The notes: generated from the letters alone by a model not told the origin. Shown: positions 10,501-21,887, numbered from the stretch's first letter. The stretch: 64,000 nucleotides of DNA from Chlorokybus atmophyticus (GCA_009103225.1 RHPI01002533.1:7793-71792), one strand, 5' to 3'. A program made the numbers and translations.

Positions 10501-13500
10501 TTGTTGCGTCTGTGTTATTCGTGTATCTCATATGTACGTGGGATGCACATGCAGATACAAGGAAGAGGAAATCTTAGGCAGAGCAGATGGCATTCAGGTG
10601 AAGCTGTTCCACCCGCATTTCTACACCAAGATCGTGCGCTGCCATAGACAAAATGACTGGCACACGAGCAATCACATGATAGACAGGTGGGAGAGTGATC
10701 CGTTTGCCAAGGACTTGATGGGAGTGATTGTCAACCCAGACACGCGGTGAGAATAAGCGCCAAGAATATCTTGCTGAATGAAATGATGGCTGCTGTATTT
10801 GCAAACTGGAATTATTTTGATTGTTCACAGGACTCACTGGAGTCTGCTGCTTGTGTGCAATCCTGGAGGCCAACTTGGAAGTGACACGCCGCCTTTACTC
10901 GTCCATCTCGACTCCCTTGGCCTGCATCGCATGTTGAGAGTATCCCTACATACGATCAGCATCGACCCTCCACACAGAAGTAGAAGGTCGTAAGGACGAG
11001 CACTAGGTCCGGACTTAGCAAGATGGCATCGTCGGACCGGACTCCGGACTCCAGGCAGGAGCCTTACTAACTGCTTCGTATCTCCGCGTATACTTACTCA
11101 TGTTAGACGTGTAAGAGCTTGTTGGAAAGCTCTAGTTGTAAGGAAGACAACGCAGCTTAGAGCGCGTCAAAAGGCTGAGTATAGCTTACGCAGTGCTTGC
11201 AAACGTAGACGTGTGTGAAACTAGCTGGTATAAGAACCAGCGGACAACTTGTAATAGATGAATGTGATGTGACTTGTGTATGCTCTGGTGGCGGTAGCTC
11301 TGTCCGTGTGTATCCATGCTTGCCTCAGCTACATGTGCATGCTAGTCCTTCAACAGGTTATGGGCCCACACTACGCTTGAGGAGTGTGAGACTAGCTTGT
11401 GTGCATAGTAGTTCTACACTACGGTAGCTTGTTGGTAGCAGAGCCTTGGGTGTCAACTGCAAGAAAGGCAGGCTCGACAAAGATGGAGGCGACCTACGAC
11501 AAGGGGCAGATTGCAAAGCTGGACACCGACAACTACAACACATGGTGCGTGGAGATGAAGGCCTTGCTCATCCACAAGAAGGTGTGGAAGTACGTTGATC
11601 CGAAGGCACCACCACCAACACCAGGAGCGAACACTGTGTGGTCAGAGCATTCAGCAGAAGCACACTCTTTGCTTGTGTTGAACAGCAAACCGCATCACTT
11701 TCCCATGCTCACTGCATGTGAAGATGGTAGACAAGCTTGGGAAAAGCTATCAGCCGTTTTCAGAGCCAAGAACAATGCCAGAAAGTTGCATCTACGCAAG
11801 CAGCTCAGCGCACTCAGGAAGGAGGCAGCAGAACCCATCACAAAGTATGTTGCGCGCGCGAGAGAGCTGTGGGCGGACCTCATCAACGTCGGCCACAACA
11901 TGGGGGAGACGGAGGTAGTGCTGGCCATTGTTGCAGGGCTACCAGCAGAGTACGAGGTCGTCGCAACCCTGCTGGAGACGTCATCATCGGAGTTGACGTT
12001 GGACGATGTGCTACCGAAGCTGCTCACCGTGGAGCAGAGGGTTGTGAAGAAGGACGAGCAAGCGGATGCCGTCGCCTTCTACACCGGCAAGCACGCAAAG
12101 AAGAGCAACCATGAAGAGAAGTACAAGGGCAACAAGCCAGGCAATCCTCGTCACAAAGACCTCACATGCCACTGGTGTGGTTGGAAGGGGCACATTGTGA
12201 AGGACTGTAGGAAGAAACAACAGGGGCAACCTAGAGCAAGCACCAGCAACAGCGGCAACGAGCACCAACACAAGGAGAAACATGTCGCCTTCACTGCATC
12301 CAGTTCGAGGGCGGGCACAGCTTTCTGGGTGGTGGACTCTGGCTGCGATCGTCATCTCACACCAAACAAGGAGGTGATGGAGGGCTACAGGAAGCTGACG
12401 TCCACAATCAAGGTGGCGGGCTTCGGTGGCGAAGTACTGGTGGCTGAGGGAGTTGGCAACGTACGACTCCAGTGCAAGGTTGGTAACACACTACGCGAGG
12501 TGTTGTTACGCAACGTCCTGCATGTTCCTAAGGCTATTGCGAGTCTATTCTCTGTGAGGGTTGCGGAGCGCTTAGGCGCGGAGATCCTATTTCGGAAGGG
12601 TGGCTGCTCAGTCATCCTTGATGGGGTCGTGCACATGGTTGGAATCGCTGATCCGGGAGGGCTCTACCACGTGGAGCAGCCTCAAGACAGAGACATTCAA
12701 GCCATGGTGGTGAAGGACAAGGAGTCGCCAACATTGTGGCATCGAAGGTTCGGGCATCTCAGCTACGTCAACCTCACTCGCCTTGTCGCTGAGAAGATGG
12801 TCAAGGGCATCCATCTCAGCACAGAAGAACTCAAGACAGCATCAGGTGCACTTTGTGAACCATGCCTGGTTGCAAAGCAGCATGCTATGCCATTCCCATC
12901 ATCCTCTTCTAGCAGTCAGCATCCTTGCGAGCTTGTGCACATGGATGTCTGTGGCCCTATGCGCATTGTGGCGAAGGGAGGGGCCAGGTACTTTGCTACA
13001 TTCCTCGACGACTACAGCAAGCTGTCCATCATCTTTCCATTGACGCTCAAGTCAGAAGTTGCTGGAGCTGTGCGCACAGTTGTGGCCTTGTTGGAGACCC
13101 AGTCTGGCAACAAGATGAAGGCAATGAGGAGTGATCGAGGAGGGGAGTACATCAACAAGGAGTTGAAGGAGTTCTTCGCCAGCAAGGGCATACGCCACGA
13201 GACAACGGCACCCTACACCCCGCAGCAGAATGGAGCAGCTGAACGCCTCAACAGGACACTCTTGGAGCGTGTTCGAGCCATGCTCAACGACACAAAGATG
13301 GAAGACAGTTTGTGGAAGGAGGCGGTACTCACTGCCAACTACATCCGCAACAGGTCTCCGGTGAGCTCAGAGCAGAAGACTCCGTGGGAGCACTTCTATG
13401 GAGCCACACCAGATGTGAGTGGTATGCGTGTGTTTGGATGCACGGCATATGCACTAGTGCCTAAACAGCTCAGGCACAAGCTGGAGCCGGTCAGCAAGAA

Positions 13501-16406
13501 GGGCATCTTCGTTGGCTATGAACCGGGTTCCAAGGCTTACAGGATCTTGCTCGAGGACACTCAGAAGATCATCGTGAGCAGAGAGGTGGTTTTCCACGAG
13601 GGATTATCACAACCAGAAGCAGGCTTCTTTCCTGAAGATGAAGCACAGCCGGAGCATCCTGAAACAGTGGAGGCTACAGGCAAGGCCATCATCGACGATA
13701 AGGGTGAGCAGGACTCCACTGTAGCAGACAAGCAGTCGCACCTGCAGCAGGAGCACGCAGCTCGGAGATACCCAGTGAGGGAGAGAAAGGCACCTGACTT
13801 CCTACACAAGGCACACGTCGCCAGTGTGCAGAATGAGGAGCCAAGCACCTACGAGGAGGCATTGTTAGCACCAGATGCGGAGCAATGGCAGCGTGCTATG
13901 GACGAGGAGATTGCGTCACTCCATGCCAACAACACTTGGTCACTGGAGCAGTTACCGCAAGGAGTGAAGACCATTCCAGTGAAATGGGTCTTCAAGGTGA
14001 AGCGTGATGGTCAGGGCAACATTGAGCGCTACAAGGCAAGACTGGTGGCAAAGGGCTTCTTGCAGCAGGAAGGTGTGGACTTCAACGAAGTGTTTGCACC
14101 TGCAAGTAAGCATACCACCTTCCGTGCACTGCTAGCTATGGTTGCTGCTGAAGACCTAGAGCTGCATCACCTGGATGTGAAGACTGCCTTCCTCTACGGA
14201 GAGCTGGAGGAGGAGATCTTCATCGAGCAACCACCTGGATATGAAGAAGGGGAGAGAGGCACAGCGTGCAAGCTGATCAAGGCACTGTACGGGCTGCGAC
14301 AGGCACCGCGTATGTGGCACATCAAGCTCACCAAGGAGCTGGAGGCACTTGGCTTCACCGCATCCTCTGCAGACCCTGGGCTCTTCATCCATGCAGACAA
14401 CAAGGTCTGGCTGCTCGTGTATGTTGATGATATCATCATCACCGCCAGGCAGGTGCACCACCTGCAGGAGACGAAACTTGCTCTACAGCAAGCATTCTCA
14501 GTTCGTGATCTTGGAGAGGCCAAGTGGTTCCTTGGCATGGTGATTGAGCGCGACAGGGCGGCTCGCACAATCAAGATCAGTCAGGAGCAGATGGTGAGAA
14601 GACTCGTCACCAAGTTTGGGCTCACTGAAGCGAAGACCAAGACCACACCGTTGGCACTTGGCACTGCCCTCATCAAGGCAAAGGATGAGGAGGTACTCGA
14701 CAAGGCTCAGTATCCATATGGTGAGCTGGTAGGCAGCATGCTCTATCTGGCAGTGTGCACACGTCCCGATGTTGCACATGCTGTGGGAGTACTTGCTCGC
14801 TACATGTCTGCACCGAGCATGGAGCACTGGAGAGCAGCAAAGGGAGTACTACGCTATGTTGCTGGGAGCGCAACAGTTGGCATCAAGTTTGGGAGCGGGA
14901 GCACTGAGTTGGAGGGCTACTGCGACTCGGACTTTGCTGGTGACCTCAACAGCAGGAGGTCCACTACAGGCTACGTCTTCAAGCTGAACGGAGGCGTGGT
15001 GAGCTGGAACAGCAGGCTGCAGCCAACAACAGCAGCATCTACATCAGAGGCTGAGTACATGGCAGCGGCAGCAGCAGTGAAGGAGGCACTCTGGCTTCGC
15101 AAGCTCATGGCAGACTTGGAGCACCCCATGGCGTGCATCGTCATCAACTGTGACAACCAAGGAGCCATCAAGTTGTTGAAGCACCCTATCGCCTCGGCAA
15201 GGACGAAGCACATTGATGTCATGCATCACTTTGTGCGTGACAGAGTCACAAGGAAGGAGGTGGAGTTCCAGTACTGCAACACCGAGGGCATGCTGGCGGA
15301 CTTCATGACAAAGCCATTGTCACCACTCAAGTTCAAGACTTGTTGTGCAGGACTTGGCATCTGTGTTTGACTACAGGAGCAAGCGTTGGAGGTCAAGCTG
15401 CTCGCGTGGGAGTGTTGAGAGTCATTCCTACATACGATCAGCATCGACCCTCCACACAGGAGTAGAAGGTCGTGCGAAGGATGAGCACTAGGTCCGGACT
15501 TAGCAAGATGGCGTCGTCGGACCAGACTCCGGACTCCAGACTGGAGCCTTACTAACTGCTTCATATCTCCGCGTATACTTACTCATATTAGACGTGTAAG
15601 AGCTTGTTGGAAAGCTCTAGTTGTAAGGAAGACAACGCAGCTTAGAGCGCGTCAAAAGGCTGAGTGAAGCTTACGCAGTGCTTGCAAACGTAGACGTGTG
15701 TGAAACTGGCTGGTATAAGAACCAGCGGACAACTTGTAATAGATGAATGTGATGTGACTTGTGTATGCTCTGGTGGCGGTAGCTCTGTCCGTGTGTATCC
15801 ATGCTTGCCTCAGCTACATGTGCATGCTAGTCCTTCAACATCGCAACGTTGATGGACCTATGCGCGCTTACCTTGACTACATGTGGGGCAGAAAGCATGG
15901 AAGTGACTCACAACGACGCTTCTCTCCCGAAAGCGTACAGCTTCTTGTACCACAGATAGCACACGTTGCATTGCACTAGTGATGAGTTTGCATGCATTCT
16001 GTCACAAGCACTGATTGGATGCATGCACATGCATTTGGTTTGCAAGCATTGACACATGTTTGTGCAGGTCCCTCAGCAGAAGGATGGAGTTGCGTGCGGG
16101 TTGTTTGTCATGCTTTATCTTGACAAGTTTGTAGATGGGGTACAAGCTGGTCCAATTGACCCAAACGCACGGATATTTCAACAGGTACAGTTCATGCATG
16201 TGCACTGCAATGTTTACAAGTGGAAGGTGCTTCAATGGCACTGTCGTGTAGGCCGACACGTGCTTAGTAACCACATGTTATTGCTGTGTGGTTGTGTGCA
16301 GATGCAAAGGAGTTGGTTTCATCCTCAAGTGGCAGACAGGTTGAGAAGACGATTGCGAACACTCATGGACAGTATGTTAGCACAGCAAAGACATGAGTTG
16401 AGCTAG
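4532..16406 (+). CDS. Multi-exon CACTA/EnSpm transposase fused to PHD + C5HCH-like fingers and a Ulp1 (C48) SUMO protease; interrupted by Copia at 10932-15845
   Basis: CFCRDC...W transposase-associated motif (about 4545). EPRNVRLAMFIDGMSPF, VIPGPKQP, GCSKC and GPMHIF (Transposase_21). LGPTRDHWEWAHERF (DUF4218-like). WYGRVQSF...RARWY (DUF4216-like). EDYCFVCKDGG...YHAHC...WECPRHE + CHVKNC...CATCPNSLCRRH. Ulp1 triad THWSL / HLDSL / QQKDGVACG. Not every internal exon junction was checked. Confidence 0.85.
10932..15840 (+). mobile_element. Full-length Ty1/Copia LTR retrotransposon (Copia-A)
   Basis: LTRs 10932-11355 and 15413-15840 (TGTTGA...TCAACA). 5-bp TSD TCGCA at 10927-10931 and 15841-15845. 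PBS GGTTATGGGCCCA at 11356. Short PPT before 15413. Uninterrupted polyprotein. Confidence 0.98.
11483..15370 (+). CDS. Copia gag-pol polyprotein (gag, CCHC knuckle, protease, integrase, RT, RNase H)
   Basis: CHWCGWKGHIVKDC, WVVDSGC, LWHRRFGH, VHMDVCGPM, RSDRGGEY, PQQNGAAER, RYKARLVAKGF, LLVYVDD, YCDSDFAG and RTKHID in one frame. First ATG at 11483 (the ORF track starts at a GTG, 11399). Confidence 0.97.
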   Translation: MEATYDKGQIAKLDTDNYNTWCVEMKALLIHKKVWKYVDPKAPPPTPGANTVWSEHSAEAHSLLVLNSKPHHFPMLTACEDGRQAWEKLSAVFRAKNNARKLHLRKQLSALRKEAAEPITKYVARARELWADLINVGHNMGETEVVLAIVAGLPAEYEVVATLLETSSSELTLDDVLPKLLTVEQRVVKKDEQADAVAFYTGKHAKKSNHEEKYKGNKPGNPRHKDLTCHWCGWKGHIVKDCRKKQQGQPRASTSNSGNEHQHKEKHVAFTASSSRAGTAFWVVDSGCDRHLTPNKEVMEGYRKLTSTIKVAGFGGEVLVAEGVGNVRLQCKVGNTLREVLLRNVLHVPKAIASLFSVRVAERLGAEILFRKGGCSVILDGVVHMVGIADPGGLYHVEQPQDRDIQAMVVKDKESPTLWHRRFGHLSYVNLTRLVAEKMVKGIHLSTEELKTASGALCEPCLVAKQHAMPFPSSSSSSQHPCELVHMDVCGPMRIVAKGGARYFATFLDDYSKLSIIFPLTLKSEVAGAVRTVVALLETQSGNKMKAMRSDRGGEYINKELKEFFASKGIRHETTAPYTPQQNGAAERLNRTLLERVRAMLNDTKMEDSLWKEAVLTANYIRNRSPVSSEQKTPWEHFYGATPDVSGMRVFGCTAYALVPKQLRHKLEPVSKKGIFVGYEPGSKAYRILLEDTQKIIVSREVVFHEGLSQPEAGFFPEDEAQPEHPETVEATGKAIIDDKGEQDSTVADKQSHLQQEHAARRYPVRERKAPDFLHKAHVASVQNEEPSTYEEALLAPDAEQWQRAMDEEIASLHANNTWSLEQLPQGVKTIPVKWVFKVKRDGQGNIERYKARLVAKGFLQQEGVDFNEVFAPASKHTTFRALLAMVAAEDLELHHLDVKTAFLYGELEEEIFIEQPPGYEEGERGTACKLIKALYGLRQAPRMWHIKLTKELEALGFTASSADPGLFIHADNKVWLLVYVDDIIITARQVHHLQETKLALQQAFSVRDLGEAKWFLGMVIERDRAARTIKISQEQMVRRLVTKFGLTEAKTKTTPLALGTALIKAKDEEVLDKAQYPYGELVGSMLYLAVCTRPDVAHAVGVLARYMSAPSMEHWRAAKGVLRYVAGSATVGIKFGSGSTELEGYCDSDFAGDLNSRRSTTGYVFKLNGGVVSWNSRLQPTTAASTSEAEYMAAAAAVKEALWLRKLMADLEHPMACIVINCDNQGAIKLLKHPIASARTKHIDVMHHFVRDRVTRKEVEFQYCNTEGMLADFMTKPLSPLKFKTCCAGLGICV

Positions 16407-16599
16407 TAGTAGCAGGTGGTGTGTAGCATAGCAATGCTGTAGTCCATATCAGAGCTGTCCCCCACCATCAACTCAAACCAGCTGTGTAGAATTGCTGAGC
16501 AACTCTGGCTTTGACATATACTAGACTGTATATTAGAATTAGCAGTGCAATCTACTTGGTTTTCAATCACATTCGAGACTTGGCCAAAATGAGAGTATA

Positions 16600-17204
16600 T
16601 GTTTATTCGTGTGGGGTTGAATATTCGCTCACCGCTAGGAGTTAGTGCAAAACGTATTGCTTGGTTTTGGAATGGTGTTGAAAATTCACTAAAAGCTAGG
16701 ACTTAGTGTGAATCGTGTTGCGTAGTTTCAGATTGGTGTTGAACGTTCACTCACATCTGTGGCATGAAACTGATGAAGGTTATGAATATACATGTGTGAC
16801 AAGCTGATCAACTGATTATTCATGGGCAGTTGGGACTTAGTGAGTTTAAGCTGTCTGTTATAGCCACAAGTCTATGCCCCTTCATGAATGTTCAGGCAAT
16901 GTATAGCTGAATATTTAGCAGAGCACATGCTGTGTCCATTCACAATTGCATGCCCTTGAACATTCAATCGATTTCAACTGAATATACGAGGTATATGGGT
17001 TTTGAAAGGTGGCATTGATTTATCGTGTGGATATTCACGCGATTTATAGGTGAATGTCGCGATTTCGTTTTGGCAGAGATTGCACAGAATGTACGAAAAC
17101 ACTTGAATATTCACTCGATAAAAAGCTGAAACGGTAAATCAAACGAATATTCAAGGCGTTTGCCGTGAATTTTCATAAATTCGGGGGTCTCATAATTACC
17201 GGTG
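16600..17204. repeat. CACTA right subterminal repeats and terminal inverted repeat
   Basis: About three degenerate tandem units of roughly 60 bp starting GGTGTTGAA(N)ATTC at 16611-16760, more GAATATTCA motifs near 17105 and 17146, and the CAC-type terminus at 17204. Confidence 0.65.
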
Positions 17205-19681
17205 ATAGGTCTCCGGTGAGCTCAGAGCAGAAGACTCCGTCGGAGCACTTTTATGGAGCCACACCAGATGTGAGTGGTATGCGTGTGTTTGGATGCACGG
17301 CATATGCACTAGTGCCCAAACAGCTCAGGCACAAGCTGGAGCCGGTCAGCAAGAAGGGCATCTTTTGTTGGCTATGCACCGGGTTCCAAGGCTTACAGGA
17401 TCTTGCTCGAGGACACTCAGAAGATCATCGTAGCAGAGAGGTGGTTTTCCATGAGGGATTATCACAACCAGAAGCAGGCTTCTTTCCGGGAGATGACGAT
17501 GAAGTACAGCCACAGGAGCATCCTAAGACAGTGGAGGCTGAGGGCGAGGCAGTCATCAACAACAAGGGTGAGCGAGACTCAGTTGTAGCAGGCCAGAAGA
17601 AGTCGCACCTGCAGCAGGAGATACCGAATGAGGGAGAGAAAGGCACCTGACTTCTTACACAAGGCACACGTCGCTAGTGTGCACAATAAGGAGCCAAACA
17701 CCTACGAGGAGGCATTGTTAGCACCAGATGCGGAGCAATGGCAGCGTGCTATGAACGAGGAGATTGCGTCACTCCATGCCAACAACATTTGGTCATTGGA
17801 GCAGTTACCGCAAGGAGTGAAGACCATTCCACATAAATGGGTCTTTAAGGTGAAGCGTGATGGTCAGGGCAACATTGAGCGCTACAAGGCAAGACTGGTG
17901 GCAAAGGGCTTCTTGCAGCAGGAAGGTGTGAACTTCAACGAAGTGTTTGCACCTGCAAGTAAGCATACCACCTTCCGTGCACTGCTAGCTATAGTTGCTG
18001 CTGAAGACTTAAAGCTGCATCACCTGGATGTGAAGACTGCCTTCCTCTACGGAGAGCTGGAGGAGGAGATCTTCATCGAGCAACCACCTGGATATGAAGA
18101 AGGGGAGAGAGGCACAGCGTGCAAGCTGATCAAGGCATTGTATGGGCTGCGACAGGCACCGCGTATGTGGCACATCAAGCTCACCAAGGAGCTGGAGGCA
18201 CTTGGCTTCACTGCATCCTCTGCAGACCCAAGGCTCTTCATCCATGCAGACAACAAGGTCTGGCTGCTCATATATGTTGATGATATCATCATCACCGCAA
18301 GGCAGGTGCACCACCTGCAGGAAACGAAACTTGCTCTACAGCAAGCATTCTCAGTTCGTGATCTTGGAGAGGCCAAGTGGTTCCTTGGCATGGTAATGGA
18401 GCGCGACAGGGCTGCACGCACATTCAAGATCAGTCAGGAGCAGATGGTGAGAAGACTTGTCACCAAGTTTGGGCTCACTGAAGCGAAGACCAAGACCACA
18501 CCGTTGGCACTGGGCACTGCCCTTATCAAGGCAAAGGATGAGGAGGTACTCGACAAGGCTCAGTATCCATATGGTGAGCTGGTATGCAGCATACTCTATC
18601 TGGCAGTGTGTACACGTCCCGATGTTGCACATGCTGTGGGAGTACTTGCTCGCTACATGTCTGCACCGAGCATGGAGCACTGGAGAGCAGCAAAGGGAGT
18701 ACTACGCTATGTTGCTGGGAGCGCAACAGTTGGCATCAAGTTTGGGAGCCGGAGCATTGAGTTGGAGGGCTACTGCGACTCGGACTTTGCTGGTGACCTC
18801 AACAGCATGAGGTCCACTACAGGCTACGTCTTCAAGCTGAACAGAGGCGTGGTGCGCTGGAATAGCAGGCTGCAGCCAACAACAGCAGCATCTACATCAG
18901 AGGCTGAGTACATGGCAGCGGCAGCAGCAGTGAAGGAGGCACTCTGGCTTCAAAAGCTCATGGCAGACTTGGAGCACCCCATGGCGTGCATCGTCATCAG
19001 CTGTGACAACCAAGGAGCGATCAAGCTGTTGAAGCACCCTATCGCCTCGGCAAGGACAAAGCACATTGATGTCATGCATCACTTTGTGCGTGACAGAGTC
19101 ACAAGGAAGGAGGTGGAGTTCCGGTACTGCAACAATGAGGGCATGCTGGCGGACTTCATGACAAAGCCATTGTCACCGCTCAAGTTCAAGACTTGTTGCG
19201 CAGGACTTGGCATCTGTGTTTGACTACGGGAGCAAGCGTTGGAGGTCAAGCTGCTCGCGTGGGAGTGTTGAGAGTCATTCCTACATACGATCAGCATCGA
19301 CCCTCCACACAGGAGTAGAAGGTCGTGCGAAGGATGAGCACTAGGTCCGGACTTAGCAAGATGGCGTCGTCGGACCAGACTCCGGACTCCAGACTGGAGC
19401 CTTACTAACTGCTTCATATCTCCGCGTATACTTACTCATATTAGGCGTGTAAGAGCTTGTTGAAAAGCTCTGGTTGTAAGGAAGACAACACAACTTATAG
19501 CGCGTCAAAAAGCTGAGTGAAGCTTACGCAGTGCTTGCAAACGTAGACGTGTGTGTAACTGGCTGGTATAAGAACCAGCGGACAACTTGTAATAGATGAA
19601 TGTGATGTGTCTTGTGTATGCTCTGNTGTCTCTGTGTGTCCATGCTTGCCTCAGCTACATGTGCATGCTAGTCCTTCAACA
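17205..19681 (+). mobile_element. 3' half of a second Copia of the same family (Copia-B): frameshifted integrase end, RT-RNase H ORF 17628-19223, 3' LTR 19266-19681
   Basis: Near-identical to 13360-15840. Begins abruptly at integrase N-R-S-P right after the CACTA terminus. Frameshifts around 17365-17620. LTR TGTTGAGAG...TCAACA. Confidence 0.95.
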
Positions 19682-21354
19682 TGGACCCACTCGGACTCCA
19701 GCGCCACAAAATACAAGACCTCGTGGTCACCATGTCAGACATCAGGCTGGGCGCTGATCCCGCTCTTCGGGAGCTCACTCCAGGCAGTCGTCAAGAGCGT
19801 TTCTCTGCCCTCGAACAGGCACATCGTTATCAAGTGGACAAGCTGCCCAAGTGGACGCGCGCCGACAGGCGTACGAAGCAGCACACGCCGTTATCGTACC
19901 AACCATAGCTCCGGCAAATGTTGCCAGCGCCTCCACGGCGCTGACCACAGGGTACTCCACGGCAGTCGCCATCGAACAGCTAAAACAAGCAACTGTTGCA
20001 GACCAAGCGAGGGCGTTGGCGCAACAATTGAGGGGGGTAATCGCCCCACTGCTGCCTCCTTTGGTCGAAGACATGCCTGAGGATCAACGCAACGCAGGGC
20101 GAGGGTACCTCACCCCGCAAGGGGACACCACACAACGAGGAGGAGCTGGTATGGTTGGGGAGCAACAACTCCGTACCGCACTCATCCGGCAAGCAGTCAT
20201 GTTGCACAGGCCTGAGGGCAACACATCAAGACAGATGATGGGGATGCGAGAGGGCAGCACCGCACGAGCCCGTCTCGTGACATGGCTCGTTGCCAATCAC
20301 CCTGCTGTCCCCCTGTTTGCCTTTGGCAACCGAGCATCATGGTTGGAGGCATTCGTTCGTTCGTTGCGACAAGCATACGACGAGGCTACCACCACAGCCC
20401 CGGACACGCTGGAAAGAGTGCAAGAGGCAATGCTGCGGCTGCCAGGGGTGGAAGCCGCACGACAACGGCGGCGCATCGCCATTACTCATGAGCTACACGC
20501 ACAGCAGGCTGACCTCCAGCGCACCCTACGCGCGCGCGCCATGACCGTGCTCAATGTGGGGGTGGTACAAGGAAGGTGGGATGCTTACATGGCAGGGATC
20601 TTTCGAGTCCCCACCATCACTCATGACATGCGGCGACAGCTACTACGCGCCGTATACCTGCAGCCCATGCCTCAATATCATCATTGAACCGACACGGACA
20701 CCGAGCCCACGGCCACGTGGGAAGGGACATTGGTCAGAGAAGCGGCTCATGCTGTCCGATGGACGTACGCCGCGGAGCAAGCTGAACGCGAGGTAGGCCC
20801 ACAAACACCGGGTCCGCCGGGGTTTTCTTCACAGCCATTGGGTACACCCGCGAGCATGACTCCATCTTCGCAGAGGCGGCATCCACCTGCGCCGCCACCA
20901 CAACCGGCGCCGGAACCTCCAGCACCGAGCCCCCCCCGTGTCTACCAACCACCACGACAAGGTCGTTTTGGCAGAGGGAGAGGGCAAGGAGGGGGTTCTC
21001 CGGACCCAGCAGGCAGAGGAGCTCTGGCTGCAATGTGCTCAGCACCCCCAGCTGAGAGAACTGAGGCAAAGTTGCAGACAGCTCGTATGAAGAGGCTGCG
21101 CATCAACGCCAATGCTGCCATGGTGGCCAACCAAGGCAAGCACGTTACCATTAACGGGCTGGCACCCAAGCGAGTGATGTTGGACACCGGAGCACAGCCT
21201 GTCATCATCAGGCGCTTCCTCGCGCGGTTCCTCGGCATAACCAGCTCCGACTTGGTGCCTTGCCCGTACGTGTTGGACACTGCCACAGGTAGCCGAGATA
21301 AGGTGATGGGAGTCACCAGGGAGGCCTTTTGCATTCGGTTGACAGGGCTGGACC

Positions 21355-21887
21355 TGTCACAGCCCACTCGACCACAAAAGACTTGGTGCTTTTATGGTCG
21401 ATTCGTGGTAATTTAATGTACCTTCCCGTTACATTCCCCCCCACTTAAGAACGCTGACGTCCTCGGCAGCTGGCGGCCATCAGCTGGGGAATCAATCCCA
21501 GGGGTCTGATTTAGGGTTGGTCACCGGCCCCACCGTCCAAGGACCGGCCAATTTAGGCCCATACCGGTCAGCGCGCGCATATCGCGCCGCTGCCGGCCCC
21601 ACAGGTCGCGTCGCCGCAATAGGCAGGTCGCGCCCTGCCGCGCCGACTGAACTGGTCAGTTCGGCGCGACTGCCATTAGGCAAGTCGCGACCCATCGATG
21701 ATGGCACTCATAAAGTGACCATTTACGATTATTGGATCGAGAAACAACGACCGCGGAGTTCGTGTGCAAGGCAGGAATCGAACCCGGGTCTCAAGCTCCG
21801 ATGACCAATGTCACAGCCCACTCGACCACAAAAGACTTGGTGCTTTTATGGTCGATTTGTGGAAATTTAATGTACTTTCCCGTTACA
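21355..21887 (-). mobile_element. TRIM family 1, copy 1 (non-coding LTR mini-retroelement) inserted in the G1 protease region
   Basis: About 79-bp LTRs 21355-21433 and 21809-21887. TSD GGACC at 21350-21354 and 21888-21892. On the minus strand, PBS TGGTCATCGGAGC and PPT AAGTGGGGGGGAA. Confidence 0.95.
21774..21828 (-). promoter_or_regulatory. tRNA-type RNA polymerase III promoter (A-box + B-box) spanning the TRIM LTR/PBS junction
   Basis: Minus strand: A-box TGGTCGAGTGG (21828-21818), 33-nt spacer containing the LTR end and PBS, B-box GGTTCGATTCC (21784-21774). Function untested. Confidence 0.65.

Larger units (their letters stand above)
1..17204 (+). mobile_element. CACTA/CMC-superfamily DNA transposon (left end outside window) with chromatin and methylation cargo genes
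   Basis: Contains a CACTA-type transposase gene and subterminal repeats. The right terminus ...CTCATAATTACCGGTG ends at 17204 (minus strand reads CACCGGTAATTATGAGACCC). Copia integrase sequence resumes mid-gene immediately after it. The left TIR and TSD are not visible, so inclusion of 1-4500 is inferred. Confidence 0.75.

Noticed and set aside
16611-16760. CRISPR-like regularly spaced repeats
   Set aside because: Degenerate tandem units without unique spacers in a eukaryotic transposon end, and no cas genes.
21760-21840. tRNA gene
   Set aside because: A/B boxes and D/T arms are tRNA-like, but the acceptor and anticodon stems do not pair. Reported as a promoter within a TRIM instead.
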